NCBI RefSeq assembly: GCF_006345805.1 | Contig: NC_043018.1 | Span: 27,714,001 to 27,778,000, forward strand | Origin: Octopus sinensis | Lineage: Eukaryota | Direction: 5' to 3' | Length of the DNA stretch: 64,000 bases | Notes under the pieces: model-generated | What the model was told of the DNA's origin: nothing | The model's input: only the letters and a program-made list of their open reading frames with translations | The model's database searches: none | In this document: piece by piece, positions 38,783 through 51,947 of the stretch | Position numbering within the stretch: position 1 is the stretch's first letter | Layout: each line of letters begins with the position of its first letter | Program-made: the position numbers and the translations under genes

Positions 38783-39229
38783 TCGGACAGAAACAAATCA
38801 CTTTGCTTCGTCAATTCATCTGTCATTTCTTTCTTTTTTCCGATCATTCATCTATCTGTCTTTCTATCTATTTATCTGTATGTCAGCCTGTCAATCTATC
38901 TATCTATCTACCTATCTGATGACATGTATTTATACACACATACATACACGCACACACGCACACACAAATACACACGCACACACAAACGGGCACACATGCA
39001 TACATTTGTGTATATATATTCATATAAAATTAAAATGAATTATATATATATGTGTGCGTGCGTGTGTGTATGTGTATGCATGCATATATGTGCGTATTTA
39101 TGTATGTAAGTATATAAATATATATTTATTAAAATATATACATACAAACATATACATTGATATACATATACATACATAGGTTACATATTGGTATATATAT
39201 ATATATATACTATATATATATATATATTA

Positions 39230-39279
<50 letters not shown>

Positions 39280-39419
39280 TATATATATATATATATATAT
39301 ATTATATACATATATATGTATATATATATATATGCATATTATATATATATATGTATATATGTGTGTGTTTGTGTGGGTGCATGTATGTATATTTATATAT
39401 ATATGTTTGTGTATTGTGT

Positions 39420-39597
39420 GTCTTTATTAGTCTCCCACCATCACTTGAAAACCGATGTTGGTGTGTTTACGTCGTCGGAACCGATAGAATAAGTAGTAGG
39501 TTTACAAAGAATAAGTCCTGGGGTCGATTTGCTCGACTAAAGGCGGTGCTCCAGCATGGTCGCAGTCAAATGACTGAAACAAATAAAAGAATAAAAT
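39420..39597 (+). mobile_element. SINE family A, 3' half
   Basis: Ends GGCGGTGCTCCAGCATGGTCGCAGTCAAATGACTGAAAC. Confidence 0.85.
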
Positions 39598-39606
39598 AGT
39601 GTGTGT

Positions 39607-39826
39607 CGGCGATCTGGCAGAACCGCCGGGTGAAATGCGTAGCCGTATTTCGTCTGCCGTTACGTTCTGAGTTCAAATTCCGCCGAGGTCGACTTTGCCT
39701 TTCATCCTTTCAGGGTCGATTAAATAAGTACTAGTTACGCACTGGGGTCGATGTAATCGACTTAATCCGTTTGTCTGTCCTTGTTTGTCCCCTCTATGTT
39801 TAGCCCCTTGTGGGCAATAAAGAAAC
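39607..39826 (+). mobile_element. SINE family B
   Basis: Family B core plus tail TTTGTCCCCTCTATGTTTAGCCCCTTGTGGGCAATAAAGAAAC. Confidence 0.88.
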
Positions 39827-39854
39827 ATATATAACGCAAATGATAAGAAGACTC

Positions 39855-40253
39855 TTTACTCTTTTACTTGTTTCAGTCATTTGACTGCGGCCATGCTGGA
39901 GCACCGCCTTTTTTTAGTCGAGCAAATCGACCCCGGGGCTTATTCTTTGTAAGCCCAGTACTTATTCTATCAGTCTCTTTTGCCGAACCGCTAAGTGACG
40001 GGGACGTAAACACACCAGCATCGGTTGTCAATCAATGCTAGCGGGACAAACACAGACACACAAACATACATATATATATATACATATATACGACAGGCTT
40101 CTTTCAGTTTCCGTCTACCAAATCCACTCACAAGGCATTGGTCGGCCCGGGGCTATAGCAGAAGACACTTGCCCAAGATGCCGCGCAGTGGGACTGAACC
40201 CGGAACCATGTGGTTGTTTAGCAAGCTACTTACCACACAGCCACTCCTGCGCC
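39855..40253 (-). mobile_element. SINE family A, full length
   Basis: tRNA-like head (A-box-like GTGGCTGTGTGG, B-box-like GGTTCAGTCCC), internal microsatellite, CR1-like tail. Confidence 0.9.
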
Positions 40254-42454
40254 TATAAAATTCTTTAACAAATAAAATTCTTTAACACATCTTTAATAAT
40301 TTGTTACAATTGTCTCTGTACCAACTCTATTTACAACGGCAGCTTACGCAAAATTTCAGAGTGAAAATTTACATAATGTTTACCGTTTCAGACATTTGAG
40401 AGGCACTTTATCAGATGTGCATCAAAAGTGTGCTGTCAACTGTGCGTCGTCCAGACCTTGTTTTGTGTCTTATACAGGAAAGAAACGAAAAAATAAAAAG
40501 AAAAGAAAAGAAAGAGGGAAAGTAAAAGGGAGATGGGTAAGTACCGGAACACCAGCGGTGGAAACAGGATTTTGGAACTAAGGCTTGTGAAGTCGATGTT
40601 AGGAAAGAATCGCGAGAAATCAAGTAGGTCGACTACATTCTCCACACACCATCAACTGTAAATAACGAAACACTGTCTCTAGTCCTTCATCGACGATTTC
40701 CCATTCCCCTCTCTGTGGGACACAACTGTATTTCTGAAAACTGGTGGCTTTTGGAGAACAAAACCGGCTTCTTCAGCCGGGATATAATGGTTTCAAATTT
40801 TGGCACAAAGCTAGCAAGTTCAGGGCGGTGGGATAAATCGAAAACATCGACTCCATTGCTCGACAGGTATTTTTTTTTTTCTTTATCGACTCCGAAAAGA
40901 TGAAAAGCAAAGTCAACCTCTGCGGAATTTGAACTCAGAGCATAAAGCTGGATGAAATGTCGCTAAGCATTTTGTCGCTAAGCATTACACTTTTATTTTC
41001 CCTTACTCCCTCTCTCCCGCTTTTCCCCTTTTCCTTCTCCTTTCGTCTCAAGAATTGGTGTTGTTTAACCTCAGGTGAGACTTGATCAAGCAGACTTACG
41101 ACCCAAACCGTTACAGCAATGACCATCTCACCCTTCCCTTATGTGACATACCCAACGGCCATATTATCGAAGGTATTTTCCTCAAGATGGTAAGGTGTGG
41201 TTTGAAGAAAATTTGTCTGCGGGTGAATCAACCACAAAGAAGCTTCCTCGTTAGATAAAAATCTGAGAAGCATCGAGAAGTGTCTGTTGTCTGATTCAAC
41301 GAGGTGGTCGTGGTGGTCGTGGTGGTATAGTGGGGACAGGAGATGCGGCGGTGATAGCAGTGATGGCGACGATGCAGGAGCGATGGTAGTTGCAGTGGTG
41401 ATTATAGTGATGGTTATGATGGAGGCCAAGGTGGTGGTGGTGGTGGTGGTGGTGGTGATGGAAAGGGGAGGCAATGGTGATGATGGTTGTGGTCGAGGTG
41501 ATAGTTGGTTGTGGTGGTGATAGTGGTGGAGGCAGCAGAGGCGGAGGTGATGGCGACAATGGTAGTTGTGGTGGTGGTGGTGGTGGTGGTGTGGTGGTGG
41601 TGGTGGTGGTAGTGGTTATCTTGGTAGTAGCGGCGGCACCTGTGAGAGCTGTGTCTATGATGATAATAAATTTGATGATATCCGTCGACGAAGGTTGACT
41701 GGTTGGTTGGCTGGCTGGTTGGTTGGTGTAAAATTGGGGTGGATGTGAGGTTGGGGTGAGGTTGAGGGAGAAGGGGAAGGTGTGCGCTGTTCTGTATACA
41801 GATTAGTTTGGTGGTTCCAATGTTGCGAAGAAGTTTCAGTGACGAAATGAAGATCAGAGAGGGGTAGAGGGGTGGAGAGAGGAGGTCGAGAGAAGGGGAG
41901 TGAGGTGATGAGGAGGGAGAGAGGGGGTGAAAATGGGGTGAGAGAGGGGTATACACATGAACGTATATCTTGACTATATTTATGTGTATACATACATGCA
42001 TACACACGTGTTTCTCTGTGTGTGTGTGTGTGAAAGAGAGTGCGGGAGAGAGAGAGAGAGTGACAGACAGACAGACAGGTCGACAAGCAGACAGGCAGAC
42101 AGACAGGCAGCAGACAGACAGACAGACAGAATGGGATGTAAAGATCGATACAAATATATTTATTTATCGGACAGCTGAAACTGTCTTTTGTCAGATTTAA
42201 GTGTGGTGACGTTGGCAGTGGTGGCGGCGTCGGCTGTGGCAGCGGGGGTGGCAGCGATGGTGGTGGTGGTGGCGGCGGCGGCGGCGGTGGTGGTGGTGGT
42301 GGTAGTGGTGGTGGTAGTGGTGGTGGTGGTCATCGTCGTCGTCGTTGAAAGAGGATAAAATGAAACAAATTTTTTTTTAAAGTCAGCTATGTGATATATA
42401 CATGAATATGTATACGCGTACGCACATAGGTATTGATATATTGATATGTATATG

Positions 42455-42519
<65 letters not shown>

Positions 42520-42692
42520 CACAAAGTAAGTTAGGGGTTAAGGGTGTAACCCACTAAGGGATAGCATTTATCCAATATACTATTGATAATGTACCTAGAT
42601 TCTTAATACATAAATATTTTTAATTGCTATGCAATTAAGTCATTTATTGTATTAAACGGGTAAAGGTAAGGAAATATTTTTACCTTAAATTT

Positions 42693-43006
42693 ATGATACA
42701 AATAAGAAAATGGAGAAGCAAATTTAGTTTGTTCATCAGCTTTCGGATATTAGAATGTTGGATTATTTATTCATTTAACAAAATGAGAACCTTAATAGCA
42801 TACATCTATATCTTATAATTCAATACATATAAGATAAGAATACAAATTATTTATCTTATATGTATTGAATTATAAGATATAGTAAGTGGTATAGTAAATG
42901 CTATTAAAGTTCTTATTTTGTTAAATGAATAAATAATTCAACATTCTAATATCCGAAAGTTGATGAACAAACTAAATTTGTTTCTCCATTATCTTATTTG
43001 TATTAT
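42693..43006. repeat. Inverted repeat, arms 42693-42837 and 42851-43006
   Basis: Reverse-complement arms with scattered mismatches and one indel. Confidence 0.9.
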
Positions 43007-43221
43007 ATACAAATATATATATATTTACTTGCGTGTGTATACATATATGCGTGTATGTATGTATGTATGTATGTATGTATGTAGTATGTATGTATGTATG
43101 CACGTATGTGGATGTATGTTGTATGTGTGTGTGTATGATGCAATTATGTATGTATGTATGTAGTATGGTGGTGCATGTATGTATGTATGTATGTATGTAT
43201 GTGTGTATGCATGTATGTATA

Positions 43222-43870
43222 CGCGGTCGGGTTGTCGGCGTCCAGCTAGGCCACTGCAGAGGGTGATTGGACACGGCAGGACGAAAAACAAAACCTGTCG
43301 AAGGACGGGTGAAATCATTAAAGTTGACGGTCATCCAGTATTGTGTCCACAAGTTTTGGGTCTTACTATTTCTGATGGGCGGCGATAGTCCTTGCAGTGG
43401 TCATCGGCAAACCGGTGACCTCGGTGCAGGAAACACAGTGGCTGTGCAGAGGATTGACACATTTCCAACAACGGACAGGCACAACGGGTTCAGTGTGCGG
43501 AGATCCATGAGAATGAGGATGTTGGCATGGTGTACTGCATTACTGGGTGCGAGAGACCCCTAAGTCCTTGTCAAGACATCGCTGCTCTAGGAGAAGGAAA
43601 ACTCTGATATTGAACCTGCGACTCGGTGGCAGCAAATGATGTTGACGAGCTCTGTTGCTCGAAGTATCTGCCATCATTGTCCAGAGAGTGGCGTTGGTTG
43701 TTTGCAAGGCCTCTCCTCACTTCGAAAAGCATCATTCACAGGAATCGCTCGACGTACCGGCATCTTCATTTTATACTCGCGAACGAGGAAATGGTTATCA
43801 TGGATGTATCTATATTGAAACTAAGTCTGCATTGACTGCTACTCACGGAGTTCTGCGCTCTCTGTATATG
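43222..43870 (+). mobile_element. Probable RTE-related non-autonomous element or 5' leader
   Basis: GC-rich insert after (TATG)n containing CTAGGAGAAGGAAAACTCTG, reminiscent of RTE 5' UTRs; no clear ORF. Confidence 0.35.
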
Positions 43871-44136
43871 AGGGGGTAACCAAAGCTACCGTAATTTTGC
43901 AATGTTTTTATTCACTTAGCTTTACATGTTTATACTTTTATCGCCTTCAAAGTATTCCCCAATTGAAGCAACGCATCGGTCCAGACGCGTTTTCCACTGT
44001 TCGAAGCAGCCATAGAACTATTCCTTTCTCTCTTTAATATTATACATAAAAGAACTTTCACAGAGATTCTATTTAAATTTCTTATTCTTAGTGTAAACAG
44101 CTGTACCGTCATTGCTTTAATACAAAATATTTGTCA

Positions 44137-44194
<58 letters not shown>

Positions 44195-44198
<4 letters not shown>

Positions 44199-44620
44199 CA
44201 TCACCGAGCGTACGTGTAATTGTATGAAGTCTCTTACATGTCCACTTAATGGAACTTACTTTACCAGTTTTATAGTCTTCTGTGCCAAGGGAAAACTAGA
44301 TAATGACTCTCAACCAAAATTTTACATCGGAGTGCCAATAAATGAATCTTAAACACACGGATATTCGTTGTTCAAACTAATCTGGAAATTTGTAACTTGG
44401 CTTTCTAAATATATCTGGAAATTAAGAGAAAATAGCAATAGAATTTCAGTGTAACTTGGTCTTTCGAGGCTTCTTACAAGCGTTCTAACGCTAGAAACCA
44501 GCGGAATGGTCATCTGCTTAAGCGAAAGATGTTAATAGTTTGGCACAAGAAGAACAGCTTGAATTCAAGAAATGACAGTCGCAGTAACAGTTCGCATGGA
44601 ATGAAACGTTTGCTATGTAA
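44195..44620 (+). mobile_element. Decayed Penelope-like GIY-YIG fragment
   Basis: CNCMKSLTCPLNG..FYIG..LSKYIWKLRE, paralleling 12600-13140. Confidence 0.7.
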
Positions 44621-44983
44621 TTTTCAAAAGTCAGACCCGTCACCACCGAAGAATACTCAAAGACAAGTTTCTGATATTTTTGCTTTCATTCCCATGTTTC
44701 CCTTTGTTTTCCATTAAACAATTTCTTTTCTGTGCCACGTTATATTCTGTCCAATATTTTGTATTTTTTTATCATATTTTCCTTTCTGTCTGAAAAATCA
44801 ATTTAAAATGCGTTTTCAAAGTTTATAATATTTATTCTCATCTGCGTTCAATTAACTCATTTTCTTAATTATATTCATATTTTCTTCTATGCTTTCTTTA
44901 ATATTCTAATATCTGAGCGTAAAGGATATTTTGTGAGTGGCCTAACATACCACTAATTAATGTTTTTCTTCTTCTTGTATTGC

Positions 44984-45044
<61 letters not shown>

Positions 45045-45146
45045 TTAGTTTGCTCTTTTGAGTCGATTTATTTCGTCTTATTTTTATGGATTTTCCTTTG
45101 CACTTACACCACAAAACAGTGATGTCATTCCATTGTGACACACACA

Positions 45147-45525
45147 GGCGCAGGAGTGGCTGTGGGGTAAGTAGATTGCTTGCCCAGCACATGGTTCCTG
45201 GTTCAGTCCCACTGAGTGGCACCTTGGGCAAGTGTCTTCTACTATAGCCTCGGACCGACCAAAGCCTTGTGAGTGGATTTGGTAGAAGGAAACTAAAAGA
45301 AACCCGTCGTATATATGAATATATGTGTGTGTTTGTCCCCCCTCCAACATTGCTTGGCAATCGATGCTAGTGTGTTTAGGTTCCTGTAACTTGGCGGTTC
45401 GGCAAAAGCGACCGATAGAATAAGTACTAGGCTTACAAAGAATAAGTCCTGGTGTCGATTTGCTCGACTAAAGGCGTTGCTCCAGCATGGTCGCAGTCAA
45501 ATGACTGAAACAAGTAAAAGAATAG
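45147..45525 (+). mobile_element. SINE family A, full length
   Basis: Homologous to 39855-40253. Confidence 0.9.
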
Positions 45526-45677
45526 AAGAAAGAAAAATGCTTCCAACCAAATGCTTCATTTCTTTCTTTTCATCTTCTGAATATTCTTATTAAACGATTT
45601 TCTTGTTTTCATTCCCCAGATTTCGTTGAAAGATCGGAAACGTGAGGCCGAATCTGTCTATTTACCTAACCTCTATC

Positions 45678-45726
<49 letters not shown>

Positions 45727-45855
45727 CTATCTATCTCCTATCTATCTCATCTATCTATCTATCTATCTATCTATCCATCTATCCTCTATCTATCTATCTA
45801 TCCATCCATTTCTATCTATCTATCTATCTTCTATCTATCTACTATCTATCTATCA

Positions 45856-45886
<31 letters not shown>

Positions 45887-46090
45887 CATCTACGGACGTG
45901 CTGTCACTTCGGCTCCGAAGGTAATCGTTTATTTTGACTATTTATAGCCCATATTTTGTGTACATTTTTGTAAATAAGGTGTGTAAGGCACCCAACTTTC
46001 GTTTGAGTGCTTTTCCAAGGGAGGAATTCGCCCCTAGGGGCAGTTTCAACCCTATTTAATTTCTGTAATTTTCTTCTCGACATTTTGAAA

Positions 46091-48455
46091 ATGTCGAGAA
46101 ATTGTATTGTAGAACACTGGTCGCGTTCCTTTATCGACCAACATTTTCCTAGTCTGGAAACGCTAGTGCAAAGTGCAAACCTGAATGACATGGCAGTGAA
46201 CGCTGCAACCACTTGCGATAACAGCACTGTCACCACCACCACTAACAACAACACCAACAAGACTACTACTGCTACCACCACCGCCTCCACCACCACCACC
46301 ACTACCACCGCCACCTCATCCACTACCTCAACTACCAACAACAACAACATAACAATGACAACAAGAATAAACAATTGCGCCAGCCACCATTTCGACATCT
46401 GCTGCCACGGCTTTCTCTCTGCCACGGCTGTCTCTTCTGCCACTGACACCACCGCCAAACCAACAACAAAAACAACAATAACAACAACAACAATAACAAT
46501 GACAACAAGAATAACAACAATTGCGCCACCATTTCGACATCTGCTGCCACGGCTGTCTCTCTGCCACGGCTGTCTCTTCTGCCACTGACAACCACCGCCA
46601 ACACCAACAACAAAAACAACAATAACAACAACACAATCCGTTCAGACCTTGTTTCCTCCTCCAACACAAGAACTGAAGTGGAATAAACAAAAGACTGTGA
46701 CCACCAAACAAATTGAAAAAAGCTGCTCGAACACAGAACACACTATGCAAGTAATTTTCCACCCCTTCCTACTTGCACAATCAAACCAAATACACCGATT
46801 TTATTTACCAACTGCAGCCAACAACAACATCACCACCAGCAACAACAATAACAAAACAACAACAAATTTCGCCGAGGCGATAAAAGAAAAAAAGACAACA
46901 GTATATTTTTACTGCACAGCAGATAAAAGATACGAATATTTTAATAACGGAAGTAGATGGTATAGTAAAAATAAACATACCAAAGAAATATTAGAAATGA
47001 AAAAAAAGAACTATTATATATAAATAATTAATAAAAAAACAAAAAGTCCAGAGAAGGCTAACACACAGCAAAATCGAAAAATGCTTGAAACCCATCTGGA
47101 ACTACAAAGAGTATGTGACCTGGTGGAACAAGTTCGCACACATACAAGTGGTCTTCCACACTGAAGAGTTAGCAAGACGTTTCTCAACGCTAACTCTTCA
47201 TTCAGATGAACTGCAACTAACACCAAGCTATCGTGGACAGAAAGTGACTAAGATCACTTTAAACAATGTCCCAAAAATAGCAAACAATCTATGGCTAGTA
47301 AAGGCCTTATGTGTGAAAATGGATGATTTCACAATTTTAGAAACTACGGTCACGAAACACAAAAACTGGGTGGGAAAAAAAGTAGAATTTCTACTACATA
47401 TAAACCAAGAGGACATAAAGAAAATACCCACCCAGATATGTGTATCAGAAGACCACAATTTGTATGTGGTCGTCGATGGCAGAAGACCACGTTGCTACAC
47501 ATGCGGCAGTGAGCAACACCTAAAAAAAGATTGCAAATATGCCGCAAGAAAACAACAGCAACAACAACAACAGCCGGAAAAAACAAAAAAGCCAGCTTTA
47601 CTACCCACACCACAAATTGTACAAACAGGACTAATCACAGAAAATCAAAAAAAAACAAACCTCACCAACCAAACAACCACACCAACTGCACCAAGAACAG
47701 AAGCAACCCACACAACAACAACCAAGAATAAACCAACTCCCAAACCAAGGACATCTGCCAAAAAGACACTCATCGAAAATGAAGAAACAATTACTACTCC
47801 TAACTCCCATCCCACAAAATTGACACCCCAAACAACACAACAATACCTACAATCACTCAAACACAAAATACCCACACCCCCACCTCCAAAACCGCATACA
47901 CCACAACCTAACGCTCACCAACCAACACCAACAACAAAATCAACAGAGTCTACAATAGACCCCAATATTTTCCCTCTCCCAAGCTCTGATTCCTCTGATT
48001 TGTCATTAGACGAAGAAGATTGGCAAATAGCCACAGGGGGGAGAAGAAAAAGGGGAAAAAAAAGAAAAGAAAATATAACAAACAAAGCAGGAAGATTCAC
48101 CACTCCCGAAACATAAACATCCACAGAAAACAAACACATCAACAGAAACACACCATCATCAAACCCCCCAACAATGTTGACAGCCATAAACACAAACAAT
48201 CACGACCTAATGGAACACATTAGGTCAAACACCAACATAACTGAAAACGACATAAAAACAAATAACCACCCACGCACAACACCACCACAACACATTAAAA
48301 TAATACACGTAACACAGAACACATACAGCACCCTGAAATCTCTTTACCCTGATGCAGTAGGGAGATTTCAAAAATATTCATCAAAGAAACAATACAAAAA
48401 CCTCATAGAAGAAGACTGTGAGGTGAAAAACAAAGGACTTTCGAACAACAAGTAA
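46091..48455 (+). pseudogene. Tx1 ORF1, frameshifted, with CCHC zinc knuckle
   Basis: VDGRRPRCYTCGSEQHLKKDC; T/P-rich linkers; WQIATGGRRKR. Confidence 0.75.
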
Positions 48456-48521
48456 CCTTTTCTCTCTCTCTTTCCTTTTTTGCACTTTCTTTTCGTGTGT
48501 AAAACACAATTTTATCGGAAC

Positions 48522-51500
48522 ATGCTCAGAATAGGCAGTATAAATGTATGTGGCTTGGGGTCGCCTTGGAAACAAGGCTACCTGTTAAATGACATCAAGT
48601 CACTAAATCTGAATATCATAGCCATCAGTGAGACCAGACCCCACAGCTCGTGGGCACTCCAGCACAGTTTCGGTACACATTTCAACATTTATTTTTCTCC
48701 GTGTCTACCGAGAATGGGCGGAGGTGGCACCGCGGTGCTTCTCCGGAAGAGTCTGGATCTCAAAGTAAGAGCAATTTCCCTAGACCCGGAGGGTAGGCTG
48801 GTCGTTTTGGATGTCGATGGCAGCAATGAGTGTGCTTTTCGAATGATAGCAGTTTATGCTCCGTCCTTAACAGGCCGACCAGATTTCTTTCGACGTCTAG
48901 AGTCTTTCATGGGAACGTCTCGTCCTTTACTTTTAGTGGGGGATTGGAATGCCACCCTGGACACGCATCTAGACTACGTGAGCAGAGATAGCAATAGAAG
49001 GGGATACAAATGCCTCAAAGACCTGCTCAGACGTTTCCAACTGTCTGACAGGTACCGACTGGACCACCCGAATGTGCCAATGTGGACATGGAGTAACCGC
49101 ATCGGGTCGTCCAGATCATACTTAGATAGAGTATTCTGTAGGACAATTGATAAAAATAGTGTAGGTTGTCCACAATTTCATATAGTCAGTTACACAGATC
49201 ACAAGTTTGTGACTTGTACACTTGACTTAGATAAGACACATAGGCAGGGTCCTGGTTACTGGAAACTGAAGGCGTCTTTTACAGCACGACAGGTTTACAG
49301 GGACCGGATCAGCACATTAGTTAAGAGAGCTTTGACGGGTACCATCATCAACAACAGATGGTGGTATGCCCTAAAAGAAGCAATTAAAGCAGAATCAGTC
49401 AGATACAGTAAAGCCCTAGCATTAGACCGAAATAGAATAGAGGGAGAATTAGTTGAGGTTTTAGAAGAGGCACTGGCATCGCGTCCAACGTGCTGGCGGC
49501 GAGATTGGCCCTCGACTAACACCTCAACGCCAAACACGAGGAATGCGTTGTCAGAGCTAGGATGCGTGCTCTGAGGAACGAAGGAGTTGGAGCCGCCCAA
49601 GAGGCCCGAGTGGTGGAGACGCAACGAGGCAACAGAGCCACCATCAAGTCTCTTATAGATGAACAGGGGCGCGAATTGCTCGAGCCTAAAAGGATGTGTG
49701 GGGCTTTTCAACAACACTTCACCCAACTGTTTGGGACAAGTGGTGGGTCAGAACGCAGTGTGGACTGTAGTGCCTACCTGCATGCCTTGCCACGACTCTC
49801 AGCAAGAGAGGTGGAGTCTTGTGAAAGGCCTATCACAGCTGCGGACGTACAGGATGCGATGGGGGGGCGAGAGACAAGTCACCAGGCTTGGATGGTCTGC
49901 CCTACGAACTTTATTGTCATATACCAGACTTGTTTGGAGGCGTTTTGGCAGCTGTCTACTGCAACTGGCAGCAAAACGGGAGTATTCCTGCTTTTGTAAA
50001 GCGAGGAGCAGTGGCACTGATTAAGAAAGACCCAAACAAGGGGGACGTCATAGATAATTTCAGGCCCATCACTCTGCTCAACGCAGATTTGAAAATTTTG
50101 GCCAAGGTGTTAGCCGAGAGGTTGGCGCTTGTCATCAAGAAACTAATCGACAAGGCGCAAACATGCGCCGTGCCGGGTAGAAGTATTCATGACAACCTCC
50201 ATCTGATGCGCTACATCATAGACAGGGTAGTTAAGAATCCTGGCATGGGTGGGGCGCTGATCAATTTGGATCAATCAAAAGCTTTCGATAGGGTAGACCA
50301 ACACTACTTGGAGGCTGTCCTTAAAGCGGCTGGTTTCGGTCCAGTTTTCCGCGGTTGGATCGCTGCCTTATACAGCGGCATCCGCTCAGTAGTTCGCGTA
50401 AATGGTCATCTATCCAGACCTTTTAACATCATGCGTTCGGTTCGTCAGGGATGCCCCCTCTCATCGCTGCTGTATGTATTGACTCTTGAGCCACTACTGC
50501 GGAAACTGGCGACGCTGAGGGGCATCCCACGAGAGCTGGGATGCGGGAGGAGCGTGTCTGCATACGCGGATGACGTCACCGTCATAGTGTCGAGCTACCA
50601 GCACATCGAGCTGGTCGGCGAGACACTAAAAGAATACGAAGCGGTAACGGGAGCAAAAATTAACCGGGAAAAGTCAGTGGGCTTGCGGCTCGGCACCTGG
50701 ATAAGCAGGCCCATGCCGTCCAACAGCGTCTCCATCGTGGGACGCTGGACGGACGGACCGGTTAAATTGCTCGGGGTCTGGTTCGGTCCGGACCTCCAAA
50801 TGGAGAAGAACTGGGGCGAGATAACAACTAGGGTGGCTACTCTCACCCAGAAATGGGCTGAGAGAAAGCTATCCCTAAAAGGTCGAGCGGAGGTGGCGAA
50901 CGCGTACATCGCATCCGTCATCGAGTATCGTCTGACCGTCGTGCCTTGTCCCGACCCTACCATCACCAAACTGGAACGTATACTCTTTCGCTTCTTGTGG
51001 GAGGGAAACGTTCCGATGGTTAGGCGATCCATTTGCTGTCAACACCCGCTAAATGGAGGGCTGGGCATGCCGTGGTTGATGATGCGCAGACATGCGCTGA
51101 GACTGCGACATCTCCGGCGCTTCATAGACAACGGTGAACAGGTGTGGTCGCCTTTTGTGCGGCGCGCTTTCCCGCAGCTCGTCTCCTTGGACGAACTACA
51201 GTCATGGATCAAGCAGAGACCGAGGCTAGGCGAATGGCACCGCGAGTGTCGCGTTGCTCTCAAGCAACTCTGCCGTCCGGGATCGAACTTGTGCGACTCC
51301 ATCACAACAAAGGCATTCTATAGAGGATTAGTGAAGGGGAGGTGCGACGACGAACTAGGGCAGAGTCTGGGCGTCGACGAGGAACACCTGACCCGCCTGT
51401 TCAGGACAACTTTCGAGCCGGGACCTATGAACAATCACCAAAGATCCCTGGCCTGGCAGTGCTATCGAGAAGCATTACCTGTTCGGGATAAGCTCTACAG

Positions 51501-51947
51501 ACACGGTCCCAGACACACTGGACCGACTTGCCCGAGATGCGGTCAGAGCGACGAAACCGTTCTGCACGCACTCGTGCAATGTCCAACCATTTCAGACCTG
51601 TGGGCTTATGCCGAACGGCTGCTGTCACGTGTGGGACGAATCCGCCTATCGGCCGAGTCTATCGTGAGAATTGCTCCGCCCCCTTCCCTCAACCGGGAAG
51701 GCAAGACAGTTTTCATCGTACTGGTGGCCATGGTGAAAGAATGTGTGTGGTGGACCGAGCGAAAGGATTAGAGACAAACACTTACCTCTCTGGCCAATCG
51801 CTCATCAACTTTTTCAAGTACCACTTGAAAAGGAAGGTGAGAATGGAGAGGGAAGTTTTGTCTCGCGAAAGATTCAAAAAAAGATGGGTGAATGTTGCAA
51901 AGATGGTGCGTGCGAGTGACGAAACCATTTTGAGCATGATCCAGTAG
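48522..51947 (+). pseudogene. Tx1 ORF2 (APE endonuclease, reverse transcriptase, zinc finger), about three frameshifts
   Basis: SINVCGL, ISET, VGDWN, YLDR, TDH; DGLP, FRPITLLNADLKI, LDQSKAFDRV, VRQGCPLS, YADD; CPRC..H..C. Confidence 0.95.

Noticed and set aside
39855-40253. tRNA gene
   Set aside because: A- and B-box-like motifs belong to multi-copy SINE heads; no cloverleaf
40530-40545. Strong donor-like GGGTAAGT
   Set aside because: No upstream acceptor or credible exon could be defined
41296-42007. His/Pro/Thr-rich ORFs suggesting a transcription factor exon
   Set aside because: Derived from (GGT)n/(GAT)n repeats; no domain or convincing splice sites
43222-43310. Possible HDV-like ribozyme at the start of the RTE-like insert
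   Set aside because: CGTCC/GGACG, GCAGG/CCTGT and CGAA fit P2, P4 and J4/2, but P1, P3 and L3 cannot be assigned consistently
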